Part shown: one piece after another, positions 41,201-54,138 of the stretch
Layout of the letters: each line of letters starts with the position of its first letter
Position numbering within the stretch: the stretch's first letter is position 1
Assembly (NCBI RefSeq): GCF_009914755.1
Contig: NC_060928.1
Direction: 5' to 3' (one strand)
DNA: 64,000 bases
From: the human T2T-CHM13v2.0 reference genome, Homo sapiens
Translations under genes and position numbers: made by a program
The notes under the pieces: model-generated
The model's database searches: none
Seen by the model: only the letters and a program-made list of their open reading frames with translations
Told to the model about the DNA's origin: nothing

Positions 41201-41897
41201 TACAATAACCATCAGCTCTCATGAGACTTACTTACTATCATGAGAATAGCACAGAAAAGACCTGCCCCCATAATTCAATTACCTCCCACAACACGTAGGA
41301 ATTCAAGATGAGATTTGGGTGGGGATACAGCCACACCATGTCAGCCATACATTAAATTATAAGTCAGATTATGCCATATCTCTGCTTTAAGGTTTTTAAC
41401 CTTAAAAGTTTCCCATCTCATTAGGATAAGTACAAACTCCTTACTCTTATTAGTCCTGCTTACTTATTCAATATATAGAACTATTTTCCAACTTTTAAAT
41501 TATTCTCCAGACAAGCTTTCCTTTCTACAATCCCTTAAACACACCAAGAATGTTCTTCCTGGCTGTATCCACTACTTACATTGGTCTTCCCTGTTCTCTT
41601 CATAGTTGGCTCCTTGTTGTCATTTAAATCTCAGCTTAAATATTATCTCACCAGAGACATCTTCCTGACCAGCCTAATCTAAAGTCCTGCACAAGCACTC
41701 TTTAAAACAGCACCATATTTTAATTTTCTACTTGTCCCTAGTCATTACCATAAAGTATTTTCCTTGCTTATTTTTCCTTTAATTGTTGGATTTTCTTTGA
41801 TATAAAGCAGAACCTTGTTGGCCTTATTCATCATTATATTCCCAGTGGCTCAAAAAGTACATATACTAGAGACTTAACTATTTGTTTATTGAATGCT
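38240..41897 (+). mobile_element. L2a, split by THE1
   Basis: tttgacacagttga..actcc..ccttcctgaaa; ends near tttgtttattgaatg. Confidence 0.75.
39091..41343 (-). mobile_element. Full-length THE1 (A/B-type) MaLR: LTR 39091-39433, internal 39434-41001, LTR 41002-41343
   Basis: Two similar LTRs, perfect 5-bp TSD gccat (39086-39090 / 41344-41348), internal ORF remnant DRKMGESLELPRD (40314..40910). Confidence 0.96.
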
Positions 41898-42181
41898 TAA
41901 TCACATCATCTTATTGACTAGCACAGGGCTGAAAAACTTCAAAATTTGTGGGAGAAGTTATCAGGTTTCAAATAAACTTAATATAATGTTTTCAAGACTA
42001 TTTTCCTTAGCAGCCACTCCTTGGTCCTGACTACCTGTTTTCATTCTAAACCAATGTTGTTCCAAAGAACTTTCTGTGATGTCCAATACAGTAGCTACTA
42101 ACCATATATGGCTAATGAGCACTTCAAATGTGGCCAGTGCAAATGTGGAAGTAAATATTTAATTTTATTCCATTTTAATTA

Positions 42182-42971
<790 letters not shown>

Positions 42972-43192
42972 TAATTTAAAATTAAGTAGCCTCATGTAGC
43001 TAGTGACCACCATATTAGATAAAGCAGCTCTAGTGTGAATGTTCTTTTAAGGCAGTCTCTATGTCTCAGTTCATCCAATGTTCTGAGTACCCAGCAAGTT
43101 TCTGATGCAGCGCAGGTACTCATAAAGGCTGATTGTAATACTTGAGTTAAAGGTAGCACTGAATGATGGGACAATGGGAATTATTGTCTCTG

Positions 43193-43804
43193 TGTCTTGG
43201 TCTGCTCAGAATGCTATAACAAAATTCTTAGGATTCACCCAATCCTAAGGGTGGGACAATCCTGAGGGTGGGAAGTCTAAGATCAAGCAGCCAGCAGATT
43301 CAGTGTCATGTGAGGGCTCACATTCTGTTTCAAAATGGCTTCTTCTTTTTTTTCTTTTTTTTTTTTTTTTTTGAGACAGAGTCTTGCTCTATTGCCAAGC
43401 TTGAGTGCAGTGGGGCGATCTTGGCTCACTACAACCTCTGCCTCTGGGTTCAAGCAATTCTCCTACCTCAGCCTCCTGAGTAGCTGGGACTACAGGTGCA
43501 TGCCACCATGCCCAGCTAATTTTTGTATTTTTAGTAGAGACAGGATTTCACCATGTTGGCCAGGATGGTCTTGATCTCTTAACCTCGTGATCTGCCAAAA
43601 ATGGCTTCTTTTTGCTGCATCCTCACATGGAGGAAAGAACACATTCTTTCTGGCTTCTTTTATAAGGTCACTCATCTAACTTATAGGGACATAGTCTTCC
43701 TGATCTAAGCATCTCCAAAAAGCCCCACCTCTTAATACTATCACCTTGGCAGTTACATTTCAACATATGACTTTTAGGGTGACACAAACATTCAGACTAT
43801 AGAA
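43193..43804 (-). mobile_element. MLT1A/MSTD-type LTR containing a 5'-truncated AluSc (43345-43596)
   Basis: tgtcttgg...acacaaacattcagactatag; Alu TSD aaaatggcttctt. Confidence 0.85.
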
Positions 43805-45631
43805 CTCTATGGCGGAGACAGCCACCACATTGTGCCTTCCCTTCAGTGCAGAAATGGAAATAGTACAAATCTTAGGGTTAGGTGACCGAGATTCAAGATA
43901 CCTACCTACTGTTTACTGGTTGTGTGATTTCAGGTAACCACAGAGCCACCTCTGGGCTTCTGTTTCCTCACCTGGAAAATGATGACATAAAATAATTCAG
44001 CCCCTAATTCACTGAATTTTTAATAGGAATCAATTGAGACCAAGAATAGGAAAATCAAGCTGTAAATTATGAAGTGGCCTTTAAGTATATGGTTTGATTA
44101 TTAATCCTACAGATTGTTCCTGTTGGCAGATAAATATTAGGTGTTAGTTATCAAACATCACATCACCTAGACAGCCCTGGCCTTAGAAATGTTGGCATCT
44201 GCTCGTTTCACTGTATGATGGAAAAAAAGAATAAATAAATCATAAATGATTAATTTAGACTTCCCTCCACGTCTCCCGTTAACAGCTCAAAGCCCCCACC
44301 ACACAGCAGGCTTAGTGATGAACTGGTGTGGTAGAACCTTCAAGACGGCAGCTAACCCTTCTCCAAGTACAACCAGCTGTGAAAACAAATTTAACTCCAC
44401 CAACACTGCAAAGGAGCAAAGCTTTTTCATAGGTTAGAGATATAATGTTCACCTCATTCAGAGGGATCCAAACCAAATACCAATGACTTCTGGGGGTAAG
44501 GCTATTAAGCATAATAGATAGATTATCTACTAGTTTACTAAATGTGAAGGAAGAAACATTTGTCATAGTTTTGCTAGAAAATGAGACTTTATCAAAGGGA
44601 GAGAGGGTGAAAGGTTACCAGTTCTATTGGTGCGATTATTATCTTTACATAGCTGGAGTGGCAAAAGAAATGATCCCAAACAGAGTAAAACAAAACAGAC
44701 CGCACCGAAGCACTTCAAGATGAGCCCCAAGAAGCCATCATACCAGACCCATTGGCTTCATCTTAATTTATCATCTTGGCCCTTGTTGACAAGAGTTTGA
44801 TTGGGTTATCCATCTATTTAAGCTGCAGCAAGTTTTATCACAGCAAACCACATGACAGATGTTGAAGATGGTTATTTCTTGGAAATTAATTGTTTAATAA
44901 CAATAATACTATTGTTTTTGAGCACCAGCAACATCCCTGAAACTTTGCATTCTATTTATCTCCATTAAAAATCCACAAAGTAAGCATTACTATTTTCACT
45001 TTACAAATGAAGCAATTTGGGTTTAATCAAATTAGACCATTATAGCTGGCTTTAGGGATATTTCTGTTTTTAGTGTTAATATCGCTATCAGAGGAGGCTG
45101 CTTATAGAAACACCTTTCTTGGTTCCTCAATACATGCATACATAAGAAACTTAATAGTCAATGCCTATTTGTTATTTCTGTCAACATCTTTGCCCATATC
45201 TCCCTATGGCTTCTTACCTTGGAAAGGCAGATCTCAAGAAACTCTTATTCTGTGGAAGTTAGGTTTCTTTAATGCTACCTTTACTACCCTTGTCAGAGGT
45301 CACAAATGCCTCAAAAAAGCTGGAGTTACTCATGTTAGATAAAGCAATTTCTCCAGCCTTACTTTTCTCTTCTGTTCTGAGGATGCCACTCTCACCTGGT
45401 TACCTCACAGATGCCCCTGGCACCTAGATTAAGCCCTGGCATTCAACAAGAGCCTTGGATGGTCTGTCTGGGTTTTGTTTTAGCTTCCTCCAGAAACATA
45501 GTCTCTTGGTGTTTCCCATTTATATCAATAAGAAAATAAGGCTCTTTCACACACTATTTTCAGAGCCAGGAGCAAGCCCGGGACTTCCAGTTCCCATGAC
45601 AGTTTTCATTACAGGGACATACCTTGTATTT

Positions 45632-45726
45632 CTTTTTTTTTTTTTTTTTTTTTTTTTTTTCCTGAGACAGAGTCTTGCTCTATCACCCAGGCTGGAGTGC
45701 AGTGGTGCAATCTCGGCTCACTGCAG
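45632..45726 (-). mobile_element. Very short 5'-truncated Alu
   Basis: About 65 bp of Alu 3' end + poly-T; TSD ataccttgtattt on both sides. Confidence 0.92.
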
Positions 45727-45892
45727 ATACCTTGTATTTTAATGAAAATAAATATGATTTAATAAACATGAATGTTGTCAAATTAACTGAAGGAATGTTG
45801 CAAAATAATTGAATTATTTTAAAAAATCATTGCAGCTGACATTTATTAGTTTTCTATATATACTAAGCCTTCACACATATAACTATGTGTAA

Positions 45893-46190
<298 letters not shown>

Positions 46191-46191
46191 A

Positions 46192-46447
46192 CGAGAAATT
46201 TATCTCTCATAGTTATGGAGGCTAAGAATTTAGAGATCAAGGCACTTACAGGTTCACAGATTGTGGAAGGAATCAACAAGCCTTCTAGGGCCTCTTTTAT
46301 AAGGGTACTACTCTCATTCATGAGGGCTTTCCTTTCCTGACCTAACCACCTCCCCAAAAGCCCCATCTCCTAATTCCATCACCTTGTAGGTCAGAATTTC
46401 TTTCAACATATAAATTTTGGGATAACACAAACACCCAGACCAGAGCA
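46192..46447 (-). mobile_element. Partial MLT1A/MSTD-type LTR
   Basis: agaaatttatctctcatagtt...cttttataaggg...acaaacacccagaccagagca. Confidence 0.75.
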
Positions 46448-46569
46448 TGATTATTTTCATTTAACAAGAGAGACAACTGAGGCACAGAGAGCTTATGACA
46501 TTCATCCAGGACCATACAGAGGAAGGTAATACACCAAACTCTATCTCCAAACCTGTATTCTTATGTAAC

Positions 46570-47480
46570 CTACAGTGGGGAGGATGTTACAAAGTATATG
46601 GACATTGAAGCCAGAGCCTTGATTCAGATCCATTCTCTACCATTTCCCATGTGCCAATCTTTCTACCCTAAGCAAGTTACTCAACATCTTTGTACAGGCA
46701 TTATGAATGTGAGCTCTCAGCCCACCTACCTGAGCTGGAATTTCTGTTCCACCACTTCTAGCTATGAAGCCTTGGACAATCCAGTAACCATCTGAGCCTT
46801 GGTTTCCTTATCTATGAAGCAAGGATAATAATAGTATCTATTCCCATAGACAATTAAATGTCCTGAGGCAAGTAAAGTGTTTTTTACAGTGCCTGGCCCA
46901 CAAGAAACAGTTAAGTGTTAGCTAATCCTGTCATTATAATCATTATAATTGAGAATCAACTTCCTGATCTGTTACACTGGGATAATTAATCATCTTCATC
47001 GGAGTGTGGTGGGAATGAATCAAGAAATGCAATCAAAATCTTTAAACAACACACACTATTATTCTTTGGCTTTGCTAGATGCTTTGGAGAAGTATACATG
47101 TAAAAATGTACTGAACCTCAGAAGCAACTTTCACAGGCAACTTTCAGAGAGAAATTAGATGTGGACATTCATTGTTCCAGGGCCCAGTAGCTGAATCTGC
47201 TCTTCCTTTTCTCTCTGTGTGTCATTTAACAATTTAGCTAATCCATGGACTCTTCACACAGGACAAAAAACAAGGACAATTTATGAGATTTGGGAAGACA
47301 GGAAGAGTGGTAAAATTAGTAGTGACATGGGTCAGGCAGCCCTGACTTTAAATCCTGTGTCCTACACTTATCAATGGGCTAAACTTGGGCAGGTCACCTG
47401 TACCCTGTATCTGTAAAATGAGGGTAAAAGCACCAATCTCATGGGCTTGTGTCTCATCTTAAATAAAACATATGTAAAGC
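46570..47480 (+). mobile_element. Cluster of MIR copies
   Basis: Several MIR cores, e.g. tctgagccttggtttccttatctatgaagcaaggataataatagta. Confidence 0.7.
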
Positions 47481-48006
47481 ATGAAGGAGAGTCATTTCCA
47501 CCCTCCTCACTTGACAAAGCTCTCGTGGCCAAGGTCAAATCTATATTTTCCATGAGTAGTTAGAGTCACAGGGCTGAACTTTTCCATTCAGCAAAGAGAA
47601 GAAAATACTCATTTCTGATTAAGTATACTTAAATTGTATATATTATTAATTTTATTTGAGTTCTGTACTTACATTAAACACTGATTTCACTAGGTAGGGT
47701 ACAAATTTAAGTATTCAGTGTAAATAAAGTTTAAGTACATTAGTACAGATTTAGTTTAAGTAAACTGATCCAATTTGAGTAGAATAACGTGCAAGCTGAA
47801 AGGCACTGATGAGCTCTGCTAGTAGACAGGAATAGCTAAAGATGTGGGTGGTCAGAGAAGAGAGAGCATTCACTTAATTTTTGAATTATTCCCTGATTGT
47901 TTCTTCATGATCTTCCATCTCCACCTTTACACCCATCACCAGGCATCAACAGGCTCTCAAGCTCTTCCAAAAATTTTGAAGAAAAATATGTAATAAAGAA
48001 CTCATG

Positions 48007-49182
48007 GTCCAGGCAAGTCCTGAATATCCTTGTTAATTTTCTGTTTCGTGGATGTGTCTAATATTGACAGTGGAGTGTTAACGTCTCCCACTATTATTGT
48101 GTGGGAGTCTAAGTCTCTTTGTAGGCCTCTAAGAACTTGCTTTATGAATCTGGGTGCTCCTATATTGGGTGCATATATATTTAGGATAGTTAGCTCTTCT
48201 TGTTGCATTGGTCCCTTTACCATTATGTAATGTCTTTTTTTTATCTTTGTTGGTTTAAAGTCTGTTTTATCAGAGACTAGGATCGCAACCTCTGCTTCCT
48301 TTGCTTTCTATTTGCTTGGTAAATATTCCTCTATCCCTTTATTTTGAGCCTACATGTGTCTTTGCATGTGAGATGAGTCTCCTGAATACAACACACTGAT
48401 GCACTGATCATTAGAGAAATGCAAATCAAAATCACAATGAGATACCATCTCATGCCAGTTAGAATGGCGATCATTAAAAAGTCAGGAAACAACAGATGCT
48501 GGGGAGGATGTGGACAAATAGGAATGCTTTTACACTACTGGTGGGAGTGTAAATTAGTTCAACCATTGTGGAAGACAGTGTGGAGATTCCTCAAGGATCT
48601 AGAACCAGAAATACCATTTGACCCAGCAATCCCATTACTGGGTATATACCCAAAGGATTATAAATCATTCTACTATAAAGACACATGCACACATATGTTT
48701 ATTGCAGCACTGTTCACAATAGCAAAGACATGGAACCAACCCAAATGCCCATCAGTGATAGACTGGATAAAGAAAATGTGGCACATATACACCATGGAAC
48801 ACTATGCAGCCATAAAAAAGGATGAGTTCATGTCCTTTGCAGGGACATGAATGAAACTGGAAACCATCATTCTCAGCAAACTAACACAGGAACAGAAAAC
48901 CAAACACTGCATGTTCTCACTCATAAGTGGGAGTTGAACAATGAGAACACATGGACACAGGGAGGGGAGCATCATACACTGGGGCCTGTCGGGGGGTGGG
49001 TGAGGGGTAGGGGAGGGATAGCATTAGGAGAAATACCTAATGTAGATGACGAGTTGATGGGTGCAGCAAACCACCATGGCACGTGTATACCTATGTAACA
49101 AACCTGAATGTTCTGCACATGTATCCCAGAACTTAAGTATAATAAAATAATTAAATAAATAAACAACCCCCCCCCCAAAAAA
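48007..49182 (+). mobile_element. L1PA7-like insertion with an inverted endonuclease-domain piece (48007-48401, -) joined to ORF2 C-terminus + 3'UTR
   Basis: ORF 48002..48223 (ILNIYAPN...GDVNTPLS) and ORF 48419..48850 (CCHC region); TSD aaagaactcatg (47995-48006) / aaggaactcatg (49183-49194). Confidence 0.92.
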
Positions 49183-49640
49183 AAGGAACTCATGCATGTC
49201 ATTCATTCTAAGAACATTTAAGGAATACCTGCTCTATTCCAGGCTGCTCTGTATTAGCTGCTCATGACACAGGCCCAGTCCCCGCAAGGCACTCACAGTG
49301 ATCGAATAAATGAGCAATTTTTCTTGGACTTAAAAAGTAAGAAAAGATTCCTAAGACATGGATCCTTCCGTCAAGGAATTGTTTTGAGTCTAATAGAGGA
49401 AGAAAGAGTTTGGGCACAAATAAAGCCAATTATCAAAGTGCCTGAAGTTTGGAGGAAAATGGTGGATTTAGGAAGGGGATGGTGTGGCAGTGCAGAGCAC
49501 CACATTGCAGGCAGGAAGAACAAGCAGAGTGAAGGTATAGAAGAGCAGAAAGCTCTCAGCATACAAAAGACACATGGAGTAGAGCTTCCTGAAGCAGCTT
49601 CCCAGGTTCAGAAAACAGACACCAGGACACTCGACTTCTA

Positions 49641-50016
<376 letters not shown>

Positions 50017-50031
50017 TTAAAGAGGGCATAG

Positions 50032-50328
50032 GGTCTGGGCATAGTGGATCATGCCTGTAATCTCAGCACTTTGGGAGGCTGAGGAGGGTGGATAGCTTGA
50101 GCCCAGGAGTTTGAGGCCAGCCTGGGTAACATGCCAAAACTCCATCTCTATAAAAAAAATACAAAAATTAGCTGGGTGTAATGGCACACAGCTGTAATCC
50201 CAGCTACTCGGGAGGCTGAGGCAGGAGGATCACCTAAGCTCATGAAGGTAGAAACTACAATGAGCCATGATTGTGCTACTGCACTCAAACCTGGGTGACA
50301 GAGTGAGACCCTGTCTCGGGGGGGGGAA
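50032..50328 (+). mobile_element. AluJ
   Basis: gcttgagcccaggagtttgagg; TSD aaagagggcatag / aaagagggtatag. Confidence 0.9.
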
Positions 50329-50899
50329 AAAGAGGGTATAGGAAGCTGTAAAAGACACCAACAACCTGGAATATCATGGAGAAGCTTCTTGCCTGGCCTT
50401 GGCAGCCCAGATATCCCACCGCATGTAACTGGACCATGTGAACTCAACAATTAGCACCTCCCTTTCCTTATCCATAACATGAGCACATAGAACAATATTC
50501 CAGACCCTTCTAGCTCTAATATTGGTGGTTCTCTAAGTTCTCCAATAGAAGCTGGCCAGAGAGAGATGTCTTTCTTCGTGGCTTTTCCCCTTTCTCCTTA
50601 GATTCTCACATGCCCTGGTTTCTGGACAGCTGATCATACATATTATTTTGCCCTGCAACACAAACTAATGAATTTTGTTTCCAAATTTTATATGATAACT
50701 AGGAATTCTTGTGTAGAGAAAAATGCATGTGTCAATGGAAAACTATGCATTGCCTACATAGCTTACCCTCCAAATTATCTGATTCTAGCCTTTTCTTGTC
50801 TTCAAACTCTTTTACAACTCTGTAAATTGTAGGTAATTTATAGCAATGTGAATTAATTCTTATCTATAAACATGCAAATTCAACCCTATCTTTAGAGGT

Positions 50900-51256
50900 T
50901 GTCTTTGTCTATTCTTGCTGCTATAACAAAATACTATAAACTAGGGAGTTTATAAATAGCAGAACTTTATTTCTGACAGTTCTGGAGACTGGGAAGTCCA
51001 AGACCATGGCACTGTCAGGTTTAGAGTCTGGTGAGGGATCATTTCCTGGTTCATGGATGACTGTGTCTTCACATAGTGGGAAGGGCAAATGATCTCCCAG
51101 GTGCCTATTTTATAAAAGCACTAATCCCACTCATGAGGGCTTCATCCTCGTGACCTAACTACCTCCTAAAGGCCACACCTCCTAATACCATTACCTTGGG
51201 GATTAGGATTTCAACACATAAATTTTGAGGGAATACAAACATTCAGACCATAGCCA
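50900..51256 (-). mobile_element. MLT1A/MSTD-type solo LTR
   Basis: Termini plus 5-bp TSD gaggt on both sides. Confidence 0.88.
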
Positions 51257-51612
51257 GAGGTCTAATGAATTTCCCTCACCCACTTCTGAAAAAAAGTTTT
51301 ACCTCCGTTTGCACATTCACTCCAATATTACTAATCTACAAATATTCCTGTTCTTCAGATTATTTTCTATATTTAGGACAAGCTCTTAGGTAAATCTCTA
51401 GCCCTGTGATCCTCAGAGTTAGAGATTTTCTTATCTTATCATAAAAGTGGAAGCTCAGGTAAAGGTGGTAAAAGCAGGTCTTGGTGGTTTGTAAAAGCCC
51501 TTTCAGCTGTTGCAACTGATGCTTAACTCACCACGGGAGGTTCAGAAAGTGCTTTCTAACTAAAATTAAATGAACTCCAATATGTCTTCTTTTTTTATTT
51601 TGTAAAAGTAGG

Positions 51613-52029
51613 TGTATTCGTTTTCTAGGGCTGTCATTACAAAGCACCACTGACAGGGTGGCTGAAGTGACACAAATATATTTCTTCATAGTTCTAAAGT
51701 CTAGAAGTCTAAGATCAAGGCGACAGAGGGTAGGTTCCTTCTGAGGGCCATGAAGGAAGCACTGGTTCTATGCCTTTCTCTGAGACCTGTGGGTGGCCAT
51801 CTTCTCCCCGCATCTTCACATGGCCTTCCCTCTATGTTTGACTCTTTGTTCAAAGTTTGACTTCTTAAAAGGACACCAGTCCTACTCTATCAAGACCAGC
51901 CCGAATTACCCAATTTTAATTTAATTATTTCCTTAAAAACCCTATCTTTAAACACAGTCTTATTCTGAGGTACTAGGGGTTAGAACTTCAGCGTATGAAC
52001 TTTGGAAGACACAGTCCAGCCCAGTAGAA
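51613..52029 (-). mobile_element. MLT1B-like solo LTR
   Basis: tgtattcgttttctagggctg...ttctgaggtactaggggttagaacttca. Confidence 0.85.
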
Positions 52030-52276
52030 CTAAACAAAAATGACTAGGTAACTTTTACATGTTCTTTGAGACTATACAAACCACAGAATCGGAAAACATA
52101 CATTCACTTTACCAAATTGTCTGAGAGGAGAGGCACATGGGCTGGTATGCTGTGATGATTCATGGTCCAACACTCCTTAAACTGTAACAAGGCCCTGACT
52201 GCATTCTCCTATCCTACATAATGTGCCAGTTTTACTATGCCATAAGGAGCTCCCTGAATGTAACAGTTCCCTGACA

Positions 52277-52464
52277 AGAATTGTCAGATTTAGCAAGTCA
52301 AAATACAGGCCACCCAGTTACATTTGGATTTCAGATAAACAACATTTTTATAAAGATAAGTATGCCTCCTCTAATATTTGAGACACGCTTCTGCTAAAAT
52401 ATTATTTGTTGTTAATCTAAAATTCAAATGTAACTGGGTACTCTCTGCTTTATCTGTCAATCCT
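52277..52464. mobile_element. MER53 palindromic MITE
   Basis: ttgtcagat...acccagttacatttggatttcagataaacaac / gttgttaatctaaaattcaaatgtaactgggt...atctgtcaa inverted arms. Confidence 0.88.
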
Positions 52465-52559
52465 ACTCCAATCCCTCATGGATATACACATGCTATGTTT
52501 AAAATTCTCACTTGTCACCTTTCTGCACTTTATATAGTTAAATCCCCATCACCCCTAGA

Positions 52560-53282
<723 letters not shown>

Positions 53283-54124
53283 TCCCTTAAAGCAGCACAC
53301 CAGGGACTAGTACACAGAGTACAATATATAGTCAGGTGTTCAATATTTATTGAATGAATGACAAGTCTAGTCATTTTGGATCCTGCGAAGTGAAACAGGT
53401 ACCCACCTTCTGTTCTATGAATGAATATGTCTTAACCTGTCTCTGCTGGAATCTGTCTTAACACATCATCCCATATTGTCAATGCCTGCTCATTTGTCTG
53501 CCTACTACCAGGGGCCTTGGAAAGCAGGGACTGTATGTCATTTATTCATTGTCATGCATCTAACATTAAGCAAATTCCCTCCTATGCTGTTTGCAATTTC
53601 CAATGAAACACACTCAAGAAAAAAAAGTGGACTTGTAATGTAATGTGATATTAATCAAAGCTCTTGGGACTTGGAACTTCGATAGTTCTCCTTCGAGTTC
53701 CCCAATTCAAATCTTCTCTCACCACCCAGTTTGGAGACAATCCACGTATCTGAGCACACATGTCCGGGCACTGCTGGGATGAGATCAAATGTTTCCTGTC
53801 AGAGCTGGGTCTCAACAGCCCTTGGAGGGCTCTCAGTGACCCCTAGAGCCGGTGTGAAAGTGGACCAGCAGCCAGATGGCTTCACGTTTCCACATTCCTT
53901 CAGCTTGTTTTCTTACTGTGGCAGATACCCAAGAGCATCCCAAATCCTCAAGAGAGATGGGATTTCAAGAAAATCTCTTTCTTTTGCAAAGCAAGAGATG
54001 TGAACTCTTGAGCCTGATGAAGAGAAATATGATTTAAAACACTGACTACAGGTTTTCAAGCTATCAGCAACAATATAAGAAAAGTACCCACACAGAGAGT
54101 GTTTTCTCCCCCCAACATTCAATT

Positions 54125-54138
54125 CCACCTGGGGGCAA
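54125..54138 (+). promoter_or_regulatory. Candidate CTCF core motif
   Basis: ccacctgggggcaa resembles CCACCAGGGGGCGC; motif match only. Confidence 0.35.

Noticed and set aside
48419-48850. 143-aa ORF with a cysteine motif
   Set aside because: C-terminus of L1 ORF2 in a truncated copy
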